Shown in pieces: positions 24,816-34,515 of a DNA stretch of 64,000 bases; positions within the stretch are counted from its first letter, which is position 1, and each line of letters opens with the position of its first letter. The translations under genes were made by a program, and so were the position numbers. The stretch comes from a plasmid, in sequence record OW849071.1, one strand, 5' to 3'. Under the pieces are notes generated by a model. That model worked only from the letters and a program-made list of their open reading frames with translations. It made no database searches and was not told where the DNA came from.

Positions 24816-27515
24816 GCAATAATTCATTGTTTGAATTGAAATTTAATGGCCTCAACTCTCCCTTCAGAATATTTTCCGGCAGCGTGAACGTATAATGTCC
24901 CAGCATGTTGATATGACCGTACATCAGTGGCGACAGGCGTGAGATATGCTCGTCTTCCGGGATCTCACCAGCGCTGCGCAAATGTGATAGCGCTTCCTGC
25001 ATATAAAGCGTGTTCCACAATACAACTGCGTTAGTGACAAGCCCCAGCGCACCCAGTTGATCCTCCTGCCCCTCACGGTAACGTTTTCTAATCTCACCAC
25101 GTTGGCCGTAACAGATCGCCCTTGCCACGGCGTGACGGCCTTCTCCCCGGTTAAGCTGAGTCAGTATCCTGCGACGATATTCTTCATCATCAATGTAGTT
25201 GAGGAGGTACAGCGTCTTGTTGACCCGTCCCACCTCCATAATCGCCTGCGCCAGCCCTGACGGACGGGAACTTTTTAAAAGCGAGCCCACAAGTTCTGAG
25301 GCGTGGACTGTACCCAGCTTCAGAGAACCGGAAACCCTCATCATTTCATCCCATTGGGTTTCTATCTTTGACAGTTCAACGCATCCCCGCGCCAGCTCAT
25401 CCAGTACCCCGTAGTTCGCATTTTTATCTGCACGCCAAAATACCGCCTCACCGGCATCTGCCAGGCGGGGCGAAAACTGGTAGCCCAGCAGCCAGAACAG
25501 GCCAAAGATAATGTCGCTGGACCCTCCAGTGTCCGTCATAATCTCCACCGGATTCAGCCCCGTCTGCTGCTCCAGAAGCCCTTCCAGCACAAAGATAGAG
25601 TCACGCAACGTACCGGGGATAACGATGCCGTGAAAGCCGGAATACTGGTCAGAAACAAAATTGTACCAGGTGATCCCACGCCCTGAGCCAAAGTATTTTC
25701 TGTTAGGGCCAGAGTTCAGCGTTTTTACAGGAGTGACAAAGCGCATCCCATCTGCAGAAGCCACTTCTCCGCCGCCCCAGCGCTCAGACAGTTCCAGCGT
25801 GGACTGAAAATCGACCAACCGGGCATTAGCGCTGACCAGCGTTTCAGCCCGAATGTAGTTTTGTTTTACCCAGCTCAGACGGTGGCGGGTCAGTGCCGGA
25901 ATACTGTGTTTGATCAGCGGTTCATGTCCGATATTGCAGGCTTCAGCGAGCAGTACGGCACACAGGCTGATGTTAAGATCCTGAGCACGGGCTTCAGACT
26001 CACTCACATGAGTGAATTCGCGGGTAAAACCAGTCCGGGCGTCAATTTCAAGCAGCAGCTCTGTCAGATCAACAGGGGGGACCAGCTGCCTGACGCGGCT
26101 GTTCAGAAGAATCAGCGGCTGCGGTTCTTCCAGTTTTTCCAGACTGCTGATGGTCAGGGACGGATATTTACCCTGATGACAGATGCTCACGGCAGCATTC
26201 AGCTCAAAGCGTGAGGCCACCGTTTTCCAGGTTTCGTCCAGTTCGGTTGCCAGCTGTTTAACGGCATTTCCACCATCGGTGGGGTGTCCAAGCGCCCGGC
26301 ATACGGCGATCCGCTGAGCCTGCCATTCTTTCCCCTGAAGAAACTTCTGACGCGGATCGCCCCAGCGATCGCTGTTCTCCAGCCAGATATCGCGGCGACG
26401 CAGCGAATCCTGAAGGCGTTCCAGCAGGCACAATGAGTATCCTGCACGCTGTATCCGGCCTTCGGAGTCGTACACCAGACGTTTCCAGGGACCTGTAATG
26501 ATCTGCTCAGGCGCATTCTCCAGGAGGCGTTTTTTCGAACCACTCAGTTCGGCCAGGTAATGTATGGCCGATAGCGTATTTTCGCCGGCAGGGGCAGACT
26601 GAAAATGTAAATCACGCAGCATCGCTGGCAGAAAGCGCTTAACCCGTCCATATTGCTCGACCATTTCATCCTGGAAATTTGTGTCCTGCGGGCGGGCAAG
26701 CTCATTGACTTTACCTACGGATTCCGCCAGCCGGTTCTTTGGTACGTGGCTGAAAATAGTCTGACGCAGCGCTGCGTCATCCATTTTATCATCCAGTAAA
26801 AGCGTACATGCATGTGCCAGAAGTAGCGCCGCGCGATCAAGATCTTTGAGCGTTCTGAGCCGTTTTTTCTGCCCGGTTTGCTTCGCTGAACGCGTGATAT
26901 TGAGGATCAGCAGATCCAGAACATCGACAGCCTCATCGAGTGCCAAAATTTCCTGTGCTTTAACAAACGCGGTCAGGATGGCCAGCCGCCGTTCCTCCGG
27001 CATTCTGGCGATATATTTTACCGAAGCCATGCCAGCATAACGAGCCAGGTTGCGGAGTTGAATTGCAGGCAGCCCGGCAAAATTCAGCCGGGAAAACTCC
27101 AGGCTGCGCAGGCGTGTGTAGCGCTGAAGTGCGTCAGTAAAGGCCGGACCACTGACGTTGACGGGCCCTTTTCGTATCTGCTCCATCACGGAAACCCGCT
27201 GTCCTTCCGGTATGACAAGCAGACCGGCCAGTTGCTCAGTCTGCCAGCTGTCAGGTAATGCAGCCAGTCTGCGCCACAAACGCCTGCTTGCCCGCTCACG
27301 AATTTCGCCAATGAGCCTCGTCAGCGCTGAGGCTGCGGGCAACAATACTTTATTCTGGAGCAACCATGCCGTGGCAAAATCGAACATCAGACCGGGGCGC
27401 TCGTTACTGAGCCATGTGCGGATATAAAGCAGACGTTTCAGTCTGAACGACCAGGGGAAATCGCCAAAATCATGGTAGTCAGAGTGTTGCCTGATCAGCC
27501 TTTGATGCTCCCAAC
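24811..27515 (-). pseudogene. tnpA: Tn3-subfamily transposase TnpA, 5'-truncated by IS26 (about 900 of about 1000 codons retained)
   Basis: It is collinear with Tn3 TnpA at about 60 percent identity from FRLKRLLYIRTWLSNERPGL to the C-terminus. The N-terminus is replaced by the IS26 end. Confidence 0.85.
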
Positions 27516-28335
27516 GGCACTGTTGCAAATAGTCGGTGGTGATAAACTTATCATCCCCTTTTGCTGATGGAGCTGTACATGAACCCATTCAAAGGCCGGC
27601 ATTTTCAGCGTGACATCATTCTGTGGGCCGTACGCTGGTACTGCAAATACGGCATCAGTTACCGTGAGCTGCAGGAGATGCTGGCTGAACGCGGAGTGAA
27701 TGTCGATCACTCCACGATTTACCGCTGGGTTCAGCGTTATGCGCCTGAAATGGAAAAACGGCTGCGCTGGTACTGGCGTAACCCTTCCGATCTTTGCCCG
27801 TGGCACATGGATGAAACCTACGTGAAGGTCAATGGCCGCTGGGCGTATCTGTACCGGGCCGTCGACAGCCGGGGCCGCACTGTCGATTTTTATCTCTCCT
27901 CCCGTCGTAACAGCAAAGCTGCATACCGGTTTCTGGGTAAAATCCTCAACAACGTGAAGAAGTGGCAGATCCCGCGATTCATCAACACGGATAAAGCGCC
28001 CGCCTATGGTCGCGCGCTTGCTCTGCTCAAACGCGAAGGCCGGTGCCCGTCTGACGTTGAACACCGACAGATTAAGTACCGGAACAACGTGATTGAATGC
28101 GATCATGGCAAACTGAAACGGATAATCGGCGCCACGCTGGGATTTAAATCCATGAAGACGGCTTACGCCACCATCAAAGGTATTGAGGTGATGCGTGCAC
28201 TACGCAAAGGCCAGGCCTCAGCATTTTATTATGGTGATCCCCTGGGCGAAATGCGCCTGGTAAGCAGAGTTTTTGAAATGTAAGGCCTTTGAATAAGACA
28301 AAAGGCTGCCTCATCGCTAACTTTGCAACAGTGCC
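27516..28335 (+). mobile_element. IS26 copy 1 (820 bp; tnp26 at 27579-28283), variant with one SNP (27576 C to T) upstream of tnp26
   Basis: The 14-bp ends are GGCACTGTTGCAAA. Tnp26 is [34 protein letters not shown]... No flanking 8-bp duplication is present. Confidence 0.95.
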
Positions 28336-29300
28336 ATTTTTTCTATGCCCCTGCCCGGGGCTTTTGGCGTTTGTCCGGATTCATGAAATTGCCTGGTTTT
28401 TATCCATCTGACGTTCCGGCCGTCGGACCATCGCTGGTTTGAGCACGTATACCCTGTGACGTTCGCACCAGGTTTTCACTTATCCACAAAAACCCGCAAA
28501 TGAATAAACAGGGAATTTAGCAAAAGGGTAACAGCAAACCTGCAAAATAGTCTTACCCCACTTTTTTAATCCCCTGCATTGCAAGCTGCAGGGAGATCTT
28601 TTGTCTTTGCCGGCTCTGTGAATAACTCAGTGAGGCCTTCGCTTACAGCGGCCGCAAGCGTCCGCGTCGCTCAGATAAAAGTAGCGCCCATCGCTTCGCG
28701 ACGGGCCCCGACCAGAGAACCACATTAGTTACAGCATTCAAAAGGAAATCCGTCATAAAACCGGCGCCGGTTTGCCAGCCAGGAGCCCCTCCCCACCACT
28801 GAAAAGCGCCGCCGCCCCCGGCCGAAGGCCGGGAGTAGTGTCGCTTTTAATGATGGGTGTTGTAACTATTCTTCTTCATCGCTGTAGGTGGAGCTGTGGT
28901 CAGTTGTTTAGTACACGCTCGTAAGCGGCCCTGCGGCCCGCTAACGCGGAGATACGCCCCGACTGCGGCTAACGCCTTGTCGGGACCACTCCGACCGCGT
29001 ACAGCAGCTTCTGTATCGTTTTTAGCGGGTTTGTTCTGGGCTTAGCAGTGTGGGGGATTATTACGGCTGAAGCCGTAATGCTTTTTTCGTCCTCGCTTCG
29101 CTGCGGGGGTCTCAGGCGCATGGCGCCTCCCATGCGCTGACGCGCATCAAAAACCCGTCCCCTGCGCCACTTGTGTCTGACGCACGCGAGAGTCCGCTGC
29201 GGCAAAAAAACAAGAAGAGAGCTAGACGAAGGTCGCTCAGCTCCCCGTAATTTTTTATATACTCACCACGGGGACATTAGATCTGCTTTTGCCAAAAAAA
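28336..29300. other. About 960-bp ORF-free, GC-rich, hairpin-dense region (many 6-8-bp stems, at least two terminator-like stem-U-tract structures)
   Basis: There are no ORFs over 80 codons. Palindromes include gcccctgcccggggc+TTTT (28346), ccctgcattgcaagctgcaggg, cccggccgaaggccggg, ttacggctgaagccgtaa+TTTTTT (29061) and gcgcatggcgcctcccatgcgc. Confidence 0.4.
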
Positions 29301-29303
29301 CGG

Positions 29304-29639
29304 CTAGTTTTTTCTGGATTTACCCAAACCAAAGGCACCGGCATTCACTATAAACGAGGCCTTTCTGATCGGCGTATCGATATCAAATATGGGGTTTTCA
29401 GCACGCCTTCTTTCAAAGTACTTATTTCTCTCCGATTCATTTTTAAAAGCGCTACCTGTCCTTGCAATCCTCTCCTGAATAAGCATCTTTTCATGCTCAG
29501 CCTTTTTGGTTGAGTTGGCCTTAGCGAGATTCTTTTCAAGGGATTTCGTATGCTTTTTTATATGCTTTCTCAACCTAGCTTTATGGCCAAATGAGAGTTT
29601 ACATATCGGACAAGTGAATAATTCTTCCATAAGCTTCAT
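29304..29639 (-). CDS. Small protein (about 111 aa from MKLMEEL) with a canonical C2H2 zinc finger (FTCPICKLSFGHKARLRKHIKKH)
   Basis: F-x-C-x2-C-x3-F-x5-L-x2-H-x3-H is exact. The longer ORF-track version (158 aa) probably over-extends. No strong SD is evident. Confidence 0.45.
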   Translation of the reverse strand: MKLMEELFTCPICKLSFGHKARLRKHIKKHTKSLEKNLAKANSTKKAEHEKMLIQERIARTGSAFKNESERNKYFERRRAENPIFDIDTPIRKASFIVNAGAFGLGKSRKN

Positions 29640-29811
29640 GAGTGTAAGGGGAAGGTTATATTTACCATAGCATTCCTTGTCCGAACTGCCATGCGATGGT
29701 CCACCGGGGCAATGAGGCAAAGCCGTTGTCTGTGGAAGCACTACGCGGCATGATGAGCGTCGCCAGTTGCACACCGGCAAAGACGTGAAACACTTTTAAC
29801 CGGAGCCAGTC

Positions 29812-30093
29812 ATGCGCGTTGCCGAAAGCATCATCCTCGATGCCCTCACTCGCGGAGGATGCATCAAAACCTTTTACCGCATATCCTCACGGCAGGCTGC
29901 TGAATCGGCCACGCGGATACCTGAGGGGTATATTCTGGAGTCGCCCGGCGAGCGGGAAGATATTGTGCTCTCGCGCGCGGACTTTCATGCGCTGGAGAAG
30001 CTGCTGGAGCAGAAGGAAACCTGGGAGCAGGTGGTCGGTGTGACCTGTTTTGGTGGGGCAACATGGCAGCTGAGACCGACTGTACAGAGCTGA
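29812..30093 (+). CDS. Hypothetical protein (93 aa)
   Basis: The ORF is divergent from the zinc-finger ORF, with no recognisable family. Confidence 0.4.
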   Translation: MRVAESIILDALTRGGCIKTFYRISSRQAAESATRIPEGYILESPGEREDIVLSRADFHALEKLLEQKETWEQVVGVTCFGGATWQLRPTVQS

Positions 30094-30146
30094 ACAACTG
30101 AGATTTAAGACCAGGGAATCAGTAAGACTGAAGGGAGGTATCTGTT

Positions 30147-30758
30147 ATGACGCTGACAGAAAAAACAGGCCATCTGGCATGGTGTGCACTGGTCGCGCTG
30201 GCACTGGCCAGACAGGAGCAGGGAGAACTCTCTCCCGCACAGGAAAATCTCTTTCTCACCCGCTGGCTCGCGGCAGCACTGAAGCAACGGCGATTCTCGC
30301 GCGATGTGGCACAGGATATCGGGTGGTTACTGAATCAGGGGCGTTTGCTGGGTGTGAGAGCTAAGCTGGCCGACAAACTGGGCTATGTCTGGCGCTCCTG
30401 CAGCGGCGAGTTGACTGAACAGAACGACATGTTCCGCCTGACGTATGCGCTGGAAACAGCGAAAGACATGGGCTGGAATTACCGCGTAATGAGCGACAGA
30501 GAATGGGCCGGACGATATGCTTTGGTACTCAATCCTGGAGTAAACGGTGTTTATCTCTTACGGACAAACCTTGATGCCGCTTTTGACGACAATGGCCAAC
30601 AGACAAATCCGCTGACAGTACGTCTGACAGGGAACGTAACTGGGATAATGAAACTGTTAAATCGCTGTGGCTGGCAGGCTGAGCCTGAGTCTGATGCCTC
30701 CCTGCCCCACCAGTTTTCACTGATGGCCCGGCAGGGAGTGCCAGGAAAGGGGGATTAG
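30147..30758 (+). CDS. Hypothetical protein (203 aa)
   Basis: The ORF lies 53 bp after the 93-aa ORF in the same orientation, with no recognisable family. Confidence 0.45.
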   Translation: MTLTEKTGHLAWCALVALALARQEQGELSPAQENLFLTRWLAAALKQRRFSRDVAQDIGWLLNQGRLLGVRAKLADKLGYVWRSCSGELTEQNDMFRLTYALETAKDMGWNYRVMSDREWAGRYALVLNPGVNGVYLLRTNLDAAFDDNGQQTNPLTVRLTGNVTGIMKLLNRCGWQAEPESDASLPHQFSLMARQGVPGKGD

Positions 30759-30931
30759 TGGCGGATTTGTGCCAGGTTATCTTCAGTCAGACCGGTCATT
30801 TTCATGACAGTATTGCGGTCAATGCCGTTCTGCAGCATGGTACGGGCAATTTTCAGAGTGGCCTGACGCTCACCTTCTGAACGGCCTATTAGCGTGTGCT
30901 CCGGTGGTTTGCACATGCGCAAATTTTTCAG
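30755..30931 (-). pseudogene. C-terminal fragment of an Rpn/YhgA-like (PDDEXK_7 transposase_31 family) protein
   Basis: The minus-strand translation ...ATLKIARTMLQNGIDRNTVMKMTGLTEDNLAQIRH resembles the conserved C-terminal tail of Rpn-family proteins. There is no upstream ORF. Confidence 0.35.
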
Positions 30932-30942
30932 CCCAAAGGGGG

Positions 30943-31936
30943 CTAATCATCACGGGGATTACGTTCAAATCCCCTGCGCCCTCTTGCTGCCCATTCAGCA
31001 TTGAGTACCACGTAACGCTCCCAGCGTTCACGCAGCTGTGCGAGCTTTAGCGGTACTTCTTTGGTGACAAAGGCTTCCGGTATTTCAAAGTCATCAAGAT
31101 GCCCTTCCAGGTATACATGTACGCCTTCCAACACATCAATCAGAGTGATGTTGTTACTTTGTTGCCCTTCAAGAAGCGGCCCCTGCCAGCTATGCCAGAA
31201 GGCCTGATGGCGCAGACAGCTTTCGTCATTCGCGAGCCTCCATAAATCCATAAAGATTCCTCGTGCAACTTTGAACGGCTGTTCATCAAACTGTTCGATG
31301 AGAAAGAAATAACACGGGATCTTGAGCGCGTTAATACGCGCAATTTCAATTTCAGCATCACGGCGCAAGGCAATCAGATTGCTAAAGCGCGAGCGCATAC
31401 AGGCGACAGGGTTCAATACCCTTACCTTTTCATTCATTTCAGGCATGCCGGGGCCGGTTGCTTCTACATAAAACGGGGCGGTATACAGGTAAAGCTTTTT
31501 CCCCTGAAAATCAGAACGGTCAAAGCCTCCGGGGCGGTCGATAATATCCACCACATTTGGCTCGTCAGGCGCATCCGGTACGGCAAATAAGCGTCCATCA
31601 TCCCGTTTGATATCGTGTGTATCCTGATCGATAAGCATAAACTGCGCAAGGGATGGGGGCTGACCGTCTTTGTTCTCCCACGTCTTAACGTTGAGCGTTT
31701 TTGCTATAGCCGCAATATCATCTTTCCGGGCGCTGTAGTCGCAGTCAACAGATGTGGTGAGGCGCTCATCAGGCAATCTGTCGCCGTATTGTGCATGATA
31801 ATAGGATATCCAGTATTGCACAGCCTGACCGCCAACTGTGATAACGGCATGTTTGAACTGATCAGCGTTGCAGATCAGCTGCTGATTTAGCAGGTACATC
31901 TGCTCATAGGGGGGAATAACGTCTTGAACAGGCATA
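30943..31936 (-). CDS. Hypothetical protein (331 aa from MPVQDV; ORF-track TTG start at 31974 unlikely)
   Basis: It is a long clean ORF containing GG...DCD...D, loosely reminiscent of nucleotidyltransferase motifs. A terminator-like hairpin (ccatcagcgaatgatgg + T-run) sits directly upstream. Confidence 0.5.
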
Positions 31937-31983
31937 AAAAAACCATCAGCGAATGATGGTTTATTGTGCCTCAAAGTTCAGGA

Positions 31984-32169
31984 TCAGGCAAAAGCGATAG
32001 TATGAGCGAATTTGCTACTAGCTGACTTACTGAAGCGGCTTTTCACGGCAGGTTTGTAACCGGCACGACCACGCAAAACCTGCACCGCTACGGCTTCGTA
32101 GCGTTCATGCTGCTTTTGTTTAGCTTGTACGGGAGACATAATTTTGTACCTGACGGTAGTTATAAACAA
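31984..32169 (-). CDS. Small basic hypothetical protein (about 51-61 aa)
   Basis: MSPVQAKQKQHERYEAVAVQVLRGRAGYKPAVKSRFSK... It lies immediately upstream of the 331-aa gene and abuts the IS26 copy 2 boundary. Confidence 0.3.
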   Translation of the reverse strand: MFITTVRYKIMSPVQAKQKQHERYEAVAVQVLRGRAGYKPAVKSRFSKSASSKFAHTIAFA

Positions 32170-32216
32170 ATAAGTTGCAGTAACTATACGTCACGAATCT
32201 ACGTCACGCAATAGAG

Positions 32217-33036
32217 GGCACTGTTGCAAATAGTCGGTGGTGATAAACTTATCATCCCCTTTTGCTGATGGAGCTGCACATGAACCCATTCAAAGGCCGG
32301 CATTTTCAGCGTGACATCATTCTGTGGGCCGTACGCTGGTACTGCAAATACGGCATCAGTTACCGTGAGCTGCAGGAGATGCTGGCTGAACGCGGAGTGA
32401 ATGTCGATCACTCCACGATTTACCGCTGGGTTCAGCGTTATGCGCCTGAAATGGAAAAACGGCTGCGCTGGTACTGGCGTAACCCTTCCGATCTTTGCCC
32501 GTGGCACATGGATGAAACCTACGTGAAGGTCAATGGCCGCTGGGCGTATCTGTACCGGGCCGTCGACAGCCGGGGCCGCACTGTCGATTTTTATCTCTCC
32601 TCCCGTCGTAACAGCAAAGCTGCATACCGGTTTCTGGGTAAAATCCTCAACAACGTGAAGAAGTGGCAGATCCCGCGATTCATCAACACGGATAAAGCGC
32701 CCGCCTATGGTCGCGCGCTTGCTCTGCTCAAACGCGAAGGCCGGTGCCCGTCTGACGTTGAACACCGACAGATTAAGTACCGGAACAACGTGATTGAATG
32801 CGATCATGGCAAACTGAAACGGATAATCGGCGCCACGCTGGGATTTAAATCCATGAAGACGGCTTACGCCACCATCAAAGGTATTGAGGTGATGCGTGCA
32901 CTACGCAAAGGCCAGGCCTCAGCATTTTATTATGGTGATCCCCTGGGCGAAATGCGCCTGGTAAGCAGAGTTTTTGAAATGTAAGGCCTTTGAATAAGAC
33001 AAAAGGCTGCCTCATCGCTAACTTTGCAACAGTGCC
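32217..33036 (+). mobile_element. IS26 copy 2 (tnp26 at 32280-32984)
   Basis: The GGCACTGTTGCAAA ends and an identical Tnp26 ORF are present. Confidence 0.95.
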
Positions 33037-34504
33037 GGCCAGCGAATTGCCGCTGGCCGTGGCCACCGACTGCAACCGGTACCTGAACGACCGGCTGACG
33101 CTGCTGGAAACACAGCTTGCCACCGTCAACCGTATGGCGACGGCCAACGAGCTGCCGGACGCCATCATCACCGAGTCAGGCTTGAAGATCACGCCGCTCG
33201 ACGCGGCGGTACCCGACACCGCCCAAGCGCTGATCGACCAGACGGCAATGATCCTGCCGCACGTCAAGATCACCGAACTGCTGCTGGAGGTGGACGAATG
33301 GACGGGCTTCACTCGGCATTTCGCGCATCTGAAATCGGGCGACCCGGCCAAAGACAAGAACCTGTTGCTGACCACGATCCTCGCCGACGCGATCAACCTG
33401 GGCCTGACCAAGATGGCGGAGTCTTGCCCCGGCACGACCTACGCCAAGCTGGCTTGGCTGCAAGCCTGGCACATCCGCGACGAAACCTACGGGGCGGCGC
33501 TGGCCGATCTGGTCAACGCACAGTTCCGCCATCCCTTCGCCGAGCACTGGGGCGACGGCACCACCTCATCGTCGGACGGCCAGAACTTCCGCACCGGCAG
33601 CAAGGCCGAGAGCACCGGCCACATCAACCCGAAATACGGGAGCAGCCCAGGGCGGACGTTCTACACCCACATTTCTGACCAGTACGCGCCATTTCACACC
33701 AAGGTCGTGAACGTCGGCGTGCGCGATTCGACCTACGTGCTCGACGGCCTGCTGTACCACGAGTCCGACTTGCGGATCGAGGAGCATTACACCGACACGG
33801 CGGGCTTCACCGATCACGTCTTCGCCCTGATGCACCTCCTGGGCTTCCGCTTCGCGCCGCGCATCCGCGACCTGGGCGACACCAAGCTCTACATCCCGAA
33901 GGGCGACGCCGCCTATGACGCGCTGAAACCCATGATCGGCGGCACGCTCAACATCAAGCACGTCCGCGCCCATTGGGACGAAATCCTGCGGCTGGCCACC
34001 TCGATCAAGCAGGGCACGGTGACGGCCTCCCTGATGCTCCGAAAGCTCGGCAGCTACCCACGCCAGAACGGCCTGGCCGTGGCGCTCCGCGAGCTGGGCC
34101 GCATCGAGCGCACGCTGTTCATCCTGGACTGGCTGCAAAGCGTGGAACTGCGCCGCCGCGTGCATGCCGGCCTGAACAAGGGCGAGGCGCGCAATGCGCT
34201 GGCCAGGGCAGTGTTTTTCAACCGCCTGGGTGAAATCCGCGACCGCAGTTTCGAGCAGCAGCGCTACCGGGCTAGCGGCCTCAATCTGGTAACGGCTGCC
34301 GTCGTGTTGTGGAACACGGTCTATCTGGAACGGGCTGCGCACGCGCTGCGTGGCAACGGCCATGCCGTTGATGACGCGCTGTTGCAGTACCTGTCGCCGC
34401 TCGGTTGGGAGCACATCAACCTCACCGGCGATTACCTCTGGCGCAGCAGCGCCAAGATCGGCGCGGGCAAGTTCAGGCCGCTACGACCGCTGCAACCGGC
34501 TTAG
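33037..34504 (+). pseudogene. tnpA: Tn21-subfamily transposase TnpA, 3' half (about 490 codons), 5'-truncated by IS26
   Basis: ...[45 protein letters not shown]...[12 protein letters not shown] is the Tn21/Tn1696-type TnpA C-terminus. The [16 protein letters not shown] prefix is IS26 read-through. Confidence 0.85.
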
Positions 34505-34515
34505 CGTGCTTTATT

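Noticed and set aside
28336-29300. The structured ORF-free region being a ColE1-type replication origin (RNAI/RNAII) captured by IS26
   Set aside because: It does not match the ColE1 RNAI/RNAII sequence landmarks I know, and no rom or mob genes are adjacent. It is kept as an unexplained structured region instead.
29640-29780. Extended 158-aa version of the zinc-finger ORF (MPVCNWRRSSCRVVLPQTT...)
   Set aside because: The N-terminal extension is Cys- and Arg-rich, low complexity, and overlaps the divergent promoter region. The shorter form starting MKLMEEL is more plausible, although neither start has a good Shine-Dalgarno sequence.
32990-33036. ORF N-termini [16 protein letters not shown] (also at 47479, 50899, 52984 minus) and [24 protein letters not shown] (27588 minus, 53879) suggesting novel fused proteins
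   Set aside because: These peptides are translations of the IS26 terminal sequence read in frame into the adjacent truncated gene. They recur wherever IS26 abuts an ORF and are artefacts of ORF calling.
33176-34414. Long antisense ORFs (123-282 aa) inside the Tn21 tnpA fragment, and similar ones opposite sul2 (36242-37096), glgP/glgA (13048-16830), lacZ and pgm
   Set aside because: They lie on the strand opposite well-supported conserved genes in GC-rich DNA where stop codons are rare. They have no recognisable motifs.
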